From Protoeuglena noctilucae (taxonomy: Eukaryota), in contig OY253688.1 of the NCBI GenBank assembly GCA_958009085.1, positions 496,001 through 560,000 of the forward strand: a stretch of DNA of 64,000 nt. The letters run 5' to 3'. Shown here piece by piece: positions 21,873 through 35,253 of the stretch; position 1 is the first letter of the stretch; each line of letters starts with the position of its first letter. Under the pieces are notes generated by a model. It was not told the origin of the DNA. It ran no database searches and was given only the letters and a program-made list of their open reading frames with translations. A program made the position numbers and the translations under genes.

Positions 21873-24800
21873 CTACGCGTCGCTGCTCGCGGGGCCGCTC
21901 ATCACGCCCGGCTGCCACGTCGTGCCATTGGGCGTGTCCATCAGCATGATGCCGACCGAGGCCAGGCGGTCCCTGCGATGATTAGATGGCGGAGGTTGCA
22001 TCGTGGATTCGAAATCAGCACATCGTTATTATAATGATACTAGCTATCAGCAGAACCCACCCTCACCACACCCCCAACACCCCACACACCACCCCACATC
22101 CCCACCCTTCTCACCTGACTTGGTCCGACTTGGCGAAGTCCTTGGCCTTCCTCGCCTCAGCACGTTCCTCGATGGCCCGCAGCACGTCCTGCTCCGTCAT
22201 GCCGTTACGCGCCAGGCACACGCGCTTGATGCTGTCCATGCTCTGTTCGAGTGAATCGGTGTCGATTCCCATCAGATCCAGGGCGCGGGTGATGCCCTCG
22301 TGGAGGCTGGAAAGCACGAAAGCACGAAAGGGGTCATCAATGGGGTAGGGCGTGGCATGTCGCGGCGCGGGGCAACTTGGTGTGCCTGCCATGTAACTAG
22401 ATTAGCAACCTGTCGCGTCACTTCCAGCAGCCCACAGCATTATCATCATCACTGCGCATCGAACGCCATCACTCCGCACCACAACCACACGCATCACCAC
22501 CATGCACCACCCCGTCCTCGCCTGGCCAGCACCGCGACCCGGTCTGCCCTCTTCTTGCCCTTCTTGGTCTGACAGAGGTCGTTGATCTGCTTCAAGGGGC
22601 CACTCAGGGACGCCAGGGCCTCGGGGGTGCTGCGGGGAAGGCGATTGAAGCAATATGTTTGTGTCTAGGAAACATGTATGTTTGTTGGCCTTATCTTGGT
22701 ATCTATACGATGGGCTGATACCGTGCATAGCTCAAAACCCGCAGTCTTTTGCCTCACAACATCGCTGCACCTCACCCCCAGCCACTCCCTGCCGTCACTC
22801 CCTGCCCTCACCCCCAGCCACCGCTGCCCTGCACTGCACTGCACCTCACCCCAAGTCATTCCTCAGCGCCCCCTCCACCTCCCTCAGCAGCTCCCCCCCC
22901 GGCCCCGCCCCTTTCCCCACATCGCTCCCCGCCCCCGCCATCTCCCGCTCCCCAGCCCCCTCCGATGCCTGCAATGCCTGGCGGCACTCCCTGCGATGGA
23001 CGAATAATGGAGATGGGGTAGGTGGGGTCCTTGGTTAGAAAGGGATAGAGTTGTCAGGCAGGATAGGGTAGGATAGAAAGGAACACAGTAGCCAGTCATC
23101 ACATCACTCACGCGAGGGTGGCGTAGACGTAGTACAGCCGGCACGAGGCGTCGTCGAGCGCCTGCGACGAGTAGTTGACCGGCTGCCGGTAATGCGTACT
23201 AATCAAGAACCACCGCAGCGCCATCGGGTGGTATTTCTCCAACACGTCTCGTATCGTGAAGAAGTTGCCGAGGCTTTTGGACATCTTCTCAGCATCCACG
23301 TTCACGAAGCCGTTGTGGACCCTGGGGGTGGGGGTTGGTGAGGGGTGGGGGGTTTAGTGGGAGTGGCTTGGGTGGGGTGATGGGGGGTGTGATGGGGGGT
23401 TTACGGGGCGTTGGGTGTGAGAGGAGGGATACAGGTGGTGGGCGGCAGTGGTCACATGCCCATCATGCCCGTCACACGCCCACCATAACTGACCAATAAT
23501 ATATATCCCTTTATATTCCATGTTCCATATCCCTTTATATAATATAATATAATATAATATATAATAATAAATAAATAAGAGTTAATTATATTAACTCTTA
23601 GCTAATTATCGCACCGGCTCACCAGAACCGTGCGAAGTCCACCCCCCCCGGCATGTGCTGTTTGTCGCACTCGCACGCGGCTGCCTGCGACTGTGCTATC
23701 TCGTTCTCATGATGAGGGAACACCAGGTCCATGCCGCCCCCGTGGATGTCGATCACGGGACCAAGCATGCTCCTGGGAAGGAACAGGGTTGCGGGACAGG
23801 GTTGGATTTGGTTAGTGACGATGTATTTGCAGATAAACCTCCCTCATCTGCACTCAGCCACATGACAACAGAACTGATACTAGTAACAACCATTACACAC
23901 ACATACACTCTCTCGCCTAATCATGGTCGAGCACTCGATGTGCCACCCCGGCCGCCCCTTCCCCCACGGGCTGTCCCAGGTGGGCTCCCCCGGCTTGGCC
24001 GCCTTCCACAGCGCGAAGTCCGCTGCGCTGCGCTTGCCGGAGGAGTCCTGGAAACGAGGGGGGAGGGCATTTTGTTACATTGACAGTCATGACGACAGCT
24101 GTGGACAGCGACCGGTAGCGGTGACGGGGGTTGTATACAATGACACTCCCTGCCCCTATCAGCCTCAGAAGGGCACGAAAGCAGCACCGAAACATAAAAG
24201 CACGATAACAGGATGGCCGCAGCACGAAAGCACCGGACCGACATCAGAGCACGGAATGCGGCCCTCACCGCCGCCACGCGCTGGGACGCCCCCGCCATGT
24301 TGTCCTCCTCCCTCCTCCCCGACAGCCTCCCGTACCCCTTCAGCGACTTCACGTCAAAGTACACGTCCCCGTCCACCGCGTACGCGTGGCCGTGTTCCAT
24401 GATCCTCTCGATCGTCGCGACCATGTCTGGAACGTGCTGCGTGGCCCGGGGCTCCAGTTGCGGCCTGAGGCAGTTGAGGGCATCCATGTCCTGGTGAAAT
24501 GCGTCGATGTAGGTTTGGGGAAGGTCGCCTGGGTCCATGCCGCGCTCTTGGGCCCGCTTGATGATCTTGTCATCGATGTCGGTGAAGTTGCGGCAGTAGG
24601 TGACGTCGAGGCCGGACGAACGCTGCAAGGGGGAGTGGGTGAGTATTTGTGCTGTCGATGGCGAGTCATGTTGCGGCAGTAGGTGACGTCCCAAGACCCA
24701 AGGAGTGCTGCCATATGCAGAGTGGAAATGATCTTACCCTACCCAATGGTGACTTTGTGTCTATGCATTGACTCACCAGGACTCGGAAGAGGACGTCGAA

Positions 24801-25760
24801 TGCCACGTAAGCCCGGGCGTGGCCGATGTGGGAGTAGTCGTACACTGCATTATAGAGAAGGAGAGGCGAGGGTGATGGTGAGAGTGGTGGGGGTGGATAG
24901 GGTGTTGAGGCTGGTGAGGGTGGCTGGTAAGGGTGGAGGGGGTGGTGAGGGTGGTCGGGGTGGTAAGGGTGGCAGGGGTGGCGAGGGTGAGGGTGGTGAG
25001 GGTGGCGAGGGTGAGGGTGGTAAGGGTGGCGAGGGCGGCGAGGGTGCTGAGGGCGGCGAGGGTGGCATGGGTAGTGGGGGTGGTAAGAATGGCGAGGGTG
25101 GTGAGGGTGGCAAGGGTGGCGAGGGTTGCAAGGGTGGCAGGGGTGGTGAGGGTGATGGGGGTGGTGAGGGTGGTGAGGAGGGTGGGGGTGGTGAGGGTGG
25201 TGATGAGCATGGTGGGGGTGGTGAGGCCGCATTGCAAATAAGCTGTTATGCGCAAAGAACGCCCCGCTCAAAACGCACCTGTCACCCCGCACACGTACAT
25301 CAACACCCTCTTCCCCTGCCGCAACCCACCTGTCACCCCGCACACGTACATGGACACCTTGTTCCCCTGCCCCTCCCTTGGCGTGAACTCCTCCTTCTTG
25401 CGAGACAGCGTGTTGTACAGAACCACCGGCGCGGATGCGACATCCGAAGTCACGGACGCCTCGCGGGCGGCGGCGGTCGCGCGGCAGCTGCCGCTCAAAG
25501 CCCGGCGAGTGGCGTGGGGAGAAGAAGCCGCAAGCCACGGTGCCGCAGCCCTGGGGCTCCACGCCCCCGGACGGCCGACGACGCCGGACCACGTCCGCAG
25601 CGGTCGCCGTGTCGCGAGGGGAGCGCAGCCCGTCGCCGGGGCGCTGCGCGGGCGGACATAAAAGGGGCCGGTGACCGGTCGCAGCGATGCCCGGTTCGTA
25701 GCTGCCTCCAGGGCCGCATCGGGGGGCAGCTGGATGACGAACACGCATAGTGGAATCAAG
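21873..25760 (-). CDS. CARS: Cysteinyl-tRNA synthetase with probable organellar targeting extension, ~10 exons; start uncertain
   Basis: [31 protein letters not shown] (HIGH), [86 protein letters not shown] (KMSKS), [15 protein letters not shown]|..[16 protein letters not shown] at 21873-21875. Confidence 0.93.
23495..23610. repeat. AT-rich intronic low-complexity tract with (TATAA)n microsatellite
   Basis: tatataatataatataatataatataataataaataaataa inside a CysRS intron in otherwise GC-rich DNA. Confidence 0.8.
24900..25226. repeat. Intronic G-rich minisatellite of ~9-bp units (gagggtggc/gagggtggt/aagggtggc)
   Basis: Degenerate tandem units fill the CysRS intron between the CGVT and VYDYSHIGH exons. 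The G/E-, H/P- and T/L-rich ORFs here are repeat by-products. Confidence 0.85.
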
Positions 25761-26785
25761 ACGCAATGCGCCGCGCCGCATCGGATGGAGCGACATGCGC
25801 GCGGCGCGGGGTAACGGTTGCCACGTACCTATGCACCGTCCCCGCGCCGAACATGAGCCTCCTCGCCACGGTCACGCCGTCGCAAGCGCTTCTACGTATC
25901 CAATTGCAGCCGCCGTTCAGGCGGGGAAGCATGAGGATGGCCAGCGAAGAGCGGGAGACCGTTTTGCGTGCCGTGCAACGCAAAGCCCTGTCCGCACGAT
26001 GGAAGGGCTCTAGCAGCAAACTTTTGCACAAACGGCTCTAGCAGAGCAGGATGACGACAGCAATGCCCGACTCGGCGAAAGGCCCGCGCTGGTCTGCACG
26101 CTGCAAGCGTGGGCTCTCCTGGTCCTGGCGAGACGAGCCGGGTGCGGACGGGAGCAGCCCGCTAGCCTTGCGCTCGATGTCGTCTATTCCCGGCGTGACA
26201 AAGACGCTGGAAAATGTCCCGAGCGACGACACATCCAGTCTTGCAAGTTCTTGCGAGTTCATCGCAGAGCCGTGGCCGTGGCGCCTTTTGGTGTACAATA
26301 TTAGCAAGCGAGCCCGCGCAGCTGCACCTCGGCGAGCCCGGACGGCAGCGATTGGGTCGTTGTTGGTCGGGACCCTCGCGCGGCGACCCGGCCCGCCGCT
26401 GGCCGCGTAGCTGACGTCGCAAAGCAGAACGAAGTCTCGCGAGGTGCCCGAGTTCGCCGCCAGTCGCGCCCAGCCGAGCCAGGTGCCCCTTGTTGCCCCG
26501 CAGGCGCGGGGCTGGGTCAGCCCCTCCTTGCCCGCGCTGGCGCGCCCGTTTCCGGTCTCGCGCCGCGATTGGAAAGTATTGGCAGATCGGCAGGGAATCC
26601 GCCGAGCCAACGCCGTCGCGGGTGCCGGGAGAGCGCTCGCGGGCCCCACGCCATGTGCTGGGAGCTTGAGCACTCGAGGCCCGCCCGCGGCCGCCCGCCT
26701 GGGCGATCCCGCTCGCCGCCCGCACACATGGGAAATCCATCCGTCAAAGAAGCTTATGCTCCCTCTTCCTGCCCGCAGGGCCGGC

Positions 26786-29700
26786 ATGGGCGAGTCGGAA
26801 GCCCACGGCTCGCCGAGCAGCGAGGCTGTAGGGTCGCCGCCCCTCGCCGCTGCCGCTCCGGAGTCCGAACGTCCACCGGCGGGACCTCAATCACAAGCCC
26901 CGCCCGTCCATGACGCCGAGGCGCCCGCAGCGCCGGGCGCGGAGGGCCCCGGTGCGGTCCCGGACGCCCAGCCCTCAGCTGCGAAGCTGGGCAAACACAG
27001 CATCACCATGATGGTGAGTTGCTCGCTCTACTATTCCTGCGCTCTCTCCTCGTCCCTCGTTTGCGAGATGTCTTCATCACCTCACCCCCGTCACACCCCC
27101 GTCATCCCGCTATCACCGTCAATCCAACCCTCGCCATACCCCCCCGCAGTCGCCCGCTGGGAAGGCCGTCGAGGTGCCCATCGTCTCCGATCCGCAGCTC
27201 CAGAGGGACCTCGTCTCTGCATTCGCTGGTGACACTTTTGCCCGGGCGCTGCCATACATTCCATCGCTCGCTTTGTTGCGCACACGCTTTACCGTTAGTA
27301 TTGATGTGTGTCTATGTATGCCTGTGTGAGGGTCCCCAGTCTGTCTCCCCACGCCATCCTCACTAACCCAACACCCAACTGCACCTTACCGCAGAAGACA
27401 TCGAGTCCGCCCCAGGCACCCCCGCGGCTGCTCGCAACCGCGTTCCGGCGCCGGCCGCCCACGCCAGCACCGACCCCGCGAGCCCCCCCCGCGACGCCGG
27501 CGCCGCCGACCGCTCCTGGGTGCTCGAGGACGATGCCGCTGCCGTGGACACGCGCGCGCTCGAGCGGCATGGCGAGGGGACGCCCGGCCGGGTCTCGCGC
27601 AGCGTGTCTAACAAGGCATCCCCCGCGCGCATGCACCGGGCCGGGTCGGGATCCGTGGTGGTCGGGAGCCGCGACCTGGACCGGGAGATCGAGGATCTGG
27701 AACGATACCTGGCGGCTTATGACCGGGAGTATCGATTGGAGGAGCGACTGTCGCGCCACGCGTCCCCGCGGCCCGCCACCGGGCCCGAGCGGCGCTCCCG
27801 GCGCTCGCGGCTCGTCAGCCCGGCGCCGTCCGGCGGCTCCACGCAGCCGCGGTACATGCAGCCGACCGCGGCGCGGGAGCTGGCGCTGGAAGACGAGCGG
27901 AAGCGCGCCATGCTGCCCGCCAAGACGAGCTTCCGCCTCGCCAAGGCCAACGCGCTGTTCGTCCAGGGCTTGAGGGGCGGACCGAAGGATCTGGGCGGGT
28001 TCGGCCCTCGCGGGCGGCAGGCGGCTGCGACGCCGTCCCCCGGGCGCGGGCGAGCGCGATCGCCCTTGACGCCCTCGCCGGGCCGCCGGGGATCCCCTGG
28101 GGCCAAGGGCCAGGCGCGGACTCCCGAGGAGGAGAGGGAGATAAGGCGGAAGATGCTCGTGCACGCGCGGCTGTCGCAGCGGATGCTGGAGCTGTCGGCG
28201 CCGCAGCAGAGGTGAGGGGTTGTGGGTGGGGGGGGTTGGTGTGGGGTGGTGGTGCGGGGGTGGTGTGGGAGGTAGCAGTGGGGTGCAGTGATGTCATGAG
28301 GGGGTGGAGAGCAGTGCAGCGGCGTCATGAGACGGTGAATTAATGCAGCCCAACACACTGTTCTGGGAACAACATCACTCCTTCTAACTGTGGTATTACA
28401 ACCCTAACATCGTCCCACCCACTTACAGACCCGAGGAGAAAGTCCCCTACACCTTCCAGCCCGAGCTCAATCCCAAGAGCATGATGCTCAAGCGACAACG
28501 GTCGGTGGTCGACCGAACCACGGTCGCCCAGAGCATACGCGAGAAGGAGGTACAGGGGCGCAAGGCCGAGGCCGAGTCGCCCCCGTCGCCGCTCTCCGCG
28601 CGCGTGAGGGCCGTGTCGCCAGCTGCCGGGTTCATGAGAGGTACCGAAGCATCGAGGGCCAAGAGCGTGAGCCCTAGCCCCCGGCACACCCCGCGCACCC
28701 CCCGCCGCCGCCCGATGCGGGCGGTTTCGGCGCGCGCGGTGCTGCCGCGGTCGCCGGGGATGGCGGCGCCGGTGGGGGCGTCGCCCGCGCACGAGCGGCC
28801 CATCCCGTGGAGCGCGAGAGGGAGGGAGGCGGACAAGCAGGTGGGTTGATGGGCGTGGCTGTGGAGTGGTGGCTGAATTGAGTGGGATGAGATGTGGAGC
28901 GGGTAGAGGGAGGTGGACGAGCGGGTGGGTTGATGGGCGCGAGCGAGCAGACAAGTGTGCGGGTTGCGACGGCATGGGCTTTGAGGTGTAAGTTGGGATC
29001 AGTACCATGGTAGAATTACATAATGACATCGTAACTTGCGTTAATAACGTGCTGTGCCATTCTTCGCAGGAGCCCACCCGTGCTTTGGAGCACGCCAAGA
29101 GCATGGGCACGCGTCAGTTCAAAGCAACAGAGGCGGGGCCGGACCGGGCCTTCATGCGGCCGACGCAGGCGTGGCAAGAGAGGCTGGAAGGTGAGAGTGG
29201 GATTGTGCTATTTACTGTTGAGTATTATACCTAACGTGCCGTGCGTGTCGTGCAGTGATAGCAAACATATCGATACTCCATTCATGTGCATGGTACTATG
29301 ACAGTACCATGGACACTCCATTTCATACCCAATAAGCCGTCCACACACTCCCCCCGTCCCCCCCCCCCTCACAGACGAGGACTTGGGCGCCTGGGAGAGT
29401 CAGATCGACCGCGGCCGGCAGCCCGACAAGCGACGCACCCACCGCCGCGACCCCTCCGCCACCGCACACTCCGACGCCGCAGCACGATCCGCCCGCACCA
29501 GCCGCCGCGCGGACTCCCGCGATTTCGAATCGTCGCCCCCGCCCGCCGGCCAGGGCCACGGCACCCACCACCCCAAACAGAGCGTGGGGTTGGCCACCAC
29601 GGAGCACGCCTCCCACACCCCGCACTCGCGCAATCAGAGCATGGAGGATCTGGCGACGCCGGAGCAAGCGCAGGCGATGGTGGCGCGGCGCGGGCTGAGC

Positions 29701-32700
29701 GCGGGCAAGCGGAGGGCTTTGGAGCACGCGATGTCTTTGGGGACGAAGGAGTTCAAGCCGACCACGCCGGTGGGGGGGACGCCGCATTATATGACCGACA
29801 CGGGTGAGGGTTGGGGTGGTGGCTGTTGTAATAGTGGTTATAATTGTGGTTGCGACTGTGTATATGTGACTGTGACTACTACAATATCGACCGTAATCGA
29901 TCATTCTCACATCTACACCCGTCTCATCCTCATAAAACCCCCTCCCCTTCCACCCCCTTCAGAGTCCCGCGCTCGCAAGCTCGACCCCTCCCAAGTGGAC
30001 GTCGATTACCGCGTGTCGATTGATAAAGAGCTGCGATCGAGGCCCGGGTCCCGCAGCGCCAGCGCCACACCCAGCCGCGCGCAATCGCGGGCGCAATCAC
30101 GGGCGCAATCAAGGGCGCAGTCGCGGAGGGTGTCGGCGAGCGAGGTGAGATCGTGTCAGTTTAGTAATGAATGGCTAGTACTTCTTAGTTAGGGAATATA
30201 GGTACAGCATGGGTGGGTCTGGTGCAGTCACGGGCGCAGTCGCGGTGGGCGTCGGCCAGCGAGGTGAGTTTTAACTTGGCATGCGTTTGCATGTCATCAT
30301 AGGTACAGTTATTATCATTATATATTTGTAATTTTTAAACTTGGTTTTTATCATTATATTATATTTTTTTGTTACCCAAATTCCTCAACAACATAATTGC
30401 TTCACCCCCATTTCCCCTCCGCAGTACGACGACATGAAGAGCGCCCGTTCCGTCCTCACCACCCGCACCCGCCACAGCACGCACCCCCACGCCCACGTCA
30501 CCGCCGTCACGCTCCCCGCCAACGCCCGATACGCCCGCGACACCCTATCCTCGGCTATTAAAGCCCGCGCGCCCTCCTCGCCCCCCCGCAACGGCTCCCA
30601 GACCACCGGCAGCGTGGTGGACTCGCGATCGGTGGTGTCCCGACTGGCGCGCAGCTCGCTCGGCATGGGCGGGGGGTGGCGACAGGGCGGTCTCGCCGGT
30701 GCGGGAAGACGAGTCGCCAGAGCAGTCGCCGGCGACGGGGCAGCGGCGGGGAGCGGGGGGGAGGGGGGCACAGGGGTCGCCGGGTGCGGGTGGTGGTGGT
30801 GGTGGTGGGGTGGCGAGGCGCACGCAGCTGGCTTACGGGACAAGGCGCAGCCCCAAGTCGGGGTCGATGTTCGATCCGGAGCCAGGTGAGGATTCATAAG
30901 GGTTTGGATTTGAGGATAGATGGCGTGTTGTATGCTCTGCGTATGTGCTATGCGACAGGTGGGGGGGTAGCTGATTACCCCTCATCAGCCCCGGCTGGGA
31001 CAGCACCCGCAGAACCCCTTTCCTCTCTCTCACTCTCTCCCTCTGCTCTCCGTCACTATTCAAATATCGTAAATAGCATCATCCCTCCACCCCTCATCAC
31101 AGGCATCAGCCCGGGATGGGACAAAACCCAGAGCACCCCTCTTTCTCTCACTCACTCACTCACTCACTCTCTGCTCTTTCGTAGTCATTATTCAAATATC
31201 ATCATCCCTCTCCCTCTCTCACCCAGGCATCGGCCCCGGCTGGGACAAGACCCAGAGCACCTCTACCCTGGACCTCTGGCGCCACCGCACATCGCAGCTA
31301 GACGTGATCGACCCGAACTGGGTGCCGCCCGCGCGGCAGCGGTACGGCCGGCCACGCTCCGTGTCGCCCCACGCGTCGAGGGGGTTGCCGGCGATGCGGG
31401 GGGGTGCGGGCGCGGGTGCGGGCGCGGCGGCCGGGCTCTCGCCACCCCGGTCGCTGGCTCAGGGACTGGATGGGGTGATACCTGGTGTGGGGGGGTGCGG
31501 GTGTGGGTGTGGGTGGTGTGGGTGGGGCGTCACCTGGGAGGGCTCACATGACGAGAGAAGAAAAGAGGGAGGCGATGTTGTTGGAGATGATGATACGGGC
31601 GAGGGAGCAGGTGAGAAAGGGTGGTGGTGGTGGTGGTTGATGATGGTGGTGGTGGTGATGAGACGGGCGAGGGAGCAGGTGAGAGGAGAGGGGTGGTGAT
31701 TAATGGTGATGGTGATACAAGCAAGTGAGACGATGATGGCAATTTGTTAATTTCCAATCTCCAATCTAATCCCCTCTCTCACGTCCAATCGTAGGAGAGC
31801 CACGAGAGCGCATTGCGCGCCTACACCAACCCATAGTCAGTGTAATATCTAACCACTCATATATATATAATTCATATAATCAATATTTAGTCTCCCTCTC
31901 ACACGCAGGAGAGTCACGAGAGCGCTTTGCGCGCCTACACCAAAGGACTTCGCTCCGCCGCCCCCACCACCCCCCACGCCACCCACACACACGCCCTCGT
32001 CTCCGCTTCCCGCTCCCAATCGCCGGGTGGCAGCCCCGGCCACTCTCCTAACATATCCCGGCAGCAATCGAATGCGAACGGGGTCCTTGGGATGGGGANN
32101 NNNNNNNNNNNNNNNNNNNNNNNNNNNNNNNNNNNNNNNNNNNNNNNNNNNNNNNNNNNNNNNNNNNNNNNNNNNNNNNNNNNNNNNNNNNNNNNNNNNN
32201 NNNNNNNNNNNNNNNNNNNNNNNNNNNNNNNNNNNNNNNNNNNNNNNNNNNNNNNNNNNNNNNNNNNNNNNNNNNNNNNNNNNNNNNNNNNNNNNNNNCC
32301 CGAGGAGGCCGACCCTCGTGCGGGCATCATCGACCCCCTCTACGCGCTGCACAGGCAGGAGGGGGTGGCGAGGCAGGCGCTGGTGAGAGATGAGGGGGGG
32401 GAGTGATGGGGGAGTGATGGGGGGAGGGGGAGGGTGGTGTGCAGTGTGGGTGTGGGAGTGTGGATAGGCGCGCCTGCGTCGGGCTGCGAGCGCGCTTGAA
32501 GGCCGCTCTGCTTCGCCACTTTGCGTCCCGAACGCTCGCCGGCAGCTGCTCTGGCAGTGTCGCCGCCCGAGTCAGGCGTGTGCGTGTGTGCCAGAAACGC
32601 AGGCCTGGCGCGTCGGGGTACCCCAGGCAGCGCTCGTGCTGGCCTCCAAAAGCTTGACAATTACCGATTGCAGACTTTGCATTTCATGTTCGTCATGATT

Positions 32701-34475
32701 GATACCATCTTTGACAACGTTCGACTCTGCACCCCATGACACCCTCGCACCCACCCCCCTTCCCGCAGCCCACGGTGCACTCGGACGCCGATGCGGAGAT
32801 GGCAGAGATGGATGACGTGGCAGCAAACGCACACGACATGCAAGACATGCGAGATGTGCAAGACATGCAAGACGTGGGCAGGGCAGCTGGCTATGGGGAG
32901 GCGCATGACACGCAAGACATGCAAGAGGTGCAAGACTTGGGCAGGGCAACGATGGGGGTGCAGCACATGCATGACAAAGCTGGGGGGGTGGGCCAGGATG
33001 TGCAGAGCACAGCTGGCTACGGGGCTGGCTATGGGGGGGCGCAGGGCGCGCACAACGGTGCGGATCTACCCTTACCAAGTAACACAACACACGGAGCGAG
33101 CCACGATGGCGCAACCTCCGCTGCCCCGCCCGCCCCCTCGCTACCCTCCCACACGCTTTCAGACCCCATTGCTACCCCCACACCCGCGCACCCGCACCCG
33201 CATCCGCCCATCCCCGACAGCGTTTTGCGATCCGGGCCGTCGCCGGACGCTGCTAACAACGCGAGTGCGAGCGGGGGGGGTGGTGGGTGCAACTGCCCCC
33301 GATGCCACAGCTGCTGTGGGGGTGACTGCGGTGGTGGCGGCGACAGCGATTGGGGCAAGTGGGCAGGGTGGGTATGCGAGCGGGCGTGGGAGTGGCCAGG
33401 GGAGCGCGCGGGAGCTGTTGCCTGGGGCGCCACGCAGCAGCGCGGGGCTGTCTGGGAGTGGCGGGGGTGGCGGTGCGGGTGCGGGTGGTGGTGTGAACGG
33501 TGGTGTGCATGGCGCAGGGGATGAGGGTAACAACAACTTGACGCCGATGGAGCGTCAGTTGCGGGCCATTTACGGCTGGCTAAGGGCGCTGGACCTTCCG
33601 GTGGACGAGGGCGTGGGGCTGACGGACCTGGTGTCCGACGGGGTGCTGCTGGTGAGGGAGTTGGTGATGCTGCTATATGTGATGATGGTTGAGAGGGTGG
33701 ATAAGATTGGTTGACTGGGTGTTACAATGATTGTTCCGTGTGCCCCAAGCCCGCTCACCATCACCCATGCACATCTCACCCACCCCACCCACCACACCTC
33801 CACTCCACCCTCACCACCCCACCCACTGCAACTTCCCCCCCCCTTCCCCCCCCCCCCCCTCATCCCCCCAATGCAAGCTAGCTTCCCTCCTCACCATCAA
33901 ATGCCTGCCACCCCACCCCCTACACCCCCACCCCTCTTACCACCCTCACCACCCCACCCCACCCATCCCTCACCCCTCACTCACCCTCATCACCCCATGT
34001 ACCCCCCCCCAGTGCAAGCTAGCTTCCCTCCTCACCGGCGATGTCCTGGACGGCGTCCACTGGGTCCCCAAGGCCCCCGCAGCCGCCATGCAGAACCTGA
34101 GGAAGGGGCTGGGGGTGCTTTCCGATCGCATGGGGGTCGACGCGCTGCACCTGCCGGGTGAGGGGTTAGATGCAATAGTGACATGGTTGACATGTGGTGT
34201 GGATTTGTGTTTTTGTAGTTATGGTTACAAGCATGATCACAATCATGATGTCTATTGTTACAAAGCGAAAAGCTATGATATAGTTGATGTGCTATTATAA
34301 TCCACTGCTTCCCTTCCCACCCGCAGACATGGACGACATGCTTTCCGGCGGCGACGAGCGCGTGGCGAGCACGCTGTGCCTGGTCGAGCGCAGTCTGCGC
34401 AAGGAGTGGGCGCGGGTGGCCAAGGCGCGGGCCGGGGGGCGCTACCGGCTGTCCAAGGGGCGCGTCTGTTTCTAG
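26786..34475 (+). CDS. Large S/P/R-rich protein with a C-terminal calponin-homology (CH) domain, ~14 exons; spans an assembly gap, so could be two genes
   Basis: Spliced exons include RPEEKVPYTFQPELNPKS and RYMQPT/FMRPT/YMTDT motifs. The C-terminus IYGWLRALDL...LTDLVSDGVLL|CKLASLL...AAAMQNLRKGLGVL...LP|DMDDMLSGG fits a CH-domain pattern (W..DL.DG.LLC.L...N). An apparent frameshift lies in the G8 run at 33273-33280. Confidence 0.6.
32099..32298. other. Assembly gap (200 N)
   Basis: Run of n characters. Confidence 1.
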
Positions 34476-35253
34476 ATATGTTTGTTTGTGCCGACCGTGG
34501 TTATAGGTACACCGTGTCTCTAGATGTACCAAGATATGTCGATGCGCGTGGTGTGTTGACAAGTGATCGTTATATCAGATACGCAGCTGTGCTTAGAAGG
34601 GAGGCGCAAGAGGCGTTTAGGCAGAGAAGCCATCTGCGGCTGTGCAGTTGCCGGGTGCCGACTGCAAGGTGTCAATGGCCCACAGCGGCTCTGTAGCTGT
34701 TTCACGGCGTTGCTGAGATGCCGGCGCTGACTGCGCCCATCGCAAGTCGCCACTATGTTATCAGCAACCCGCGATGCTGTGTCGATGCCGTGCGCATCTC
34801 GCTCACGTGCGGCTTTGAACTCTTTATTTCAAGTACCGTGGCTATCAACACCATATCTATACCACACCGTGGCATATGGGTCCGCATATGCTGGGCCGCC
34901 TCGACGAGGGTCTTGGCAAAAACGAATTCACTTGTAGCCAAAAAGAAAGGGAGTCAGAAAGCAGTCTCTCATATCTGTTTGGAACACAAGGGGGCACGGA
35001 ACAGCGCAGATCATCGCGGGAAAGGTAGGTGCTGAGCGAGTTGTGAGGTGAGGTGCGGGGGTGGCAGTGATATGGAAGACATGCAGACGCTGAGCCTCTA
35101 GCACACGACAGGGTGAACAAACGGTGAAAATGAAAGGACAAGAACAGATAGACATGGAAGGTGCTCCCCATGGCGGTCGTATCATGGCAAGTCGCCCGTA
35201 CCTAACCATCATCGCATCTGCACAACCACCATCCCTCTCCCACTACCACAACC

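Noticed and set aside
24900..25226. Regular short repeats resembling a CRISPR array or telomeric tract
   Set aside because: No unique spacers, no cas genes, eukaryotic intron context, and units do not match TTTAGGG-type telomere repeats.
24683..25796. Long G/E-rich (355 aa) and H/P-rich (376 aa) ORFs
   Set aside because: They translate the stop-free intronic minisatellite and antisense or alternative frames of CysRS.
33270..33282. Frame change in the CH-domain gene at a G8 run, possibly programmed frameshifting
   Set aside because: A homopolymer indel error in the assembly is simpler. Needs read-level checking, and no stimulatory structure was identified.
34500..35230. Short ORFs with possible splice signals between the CH gene and paralog A
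   Set aside because: No coherent in-phase model or homology, so most likely 3' UTRs of the convergent genes.
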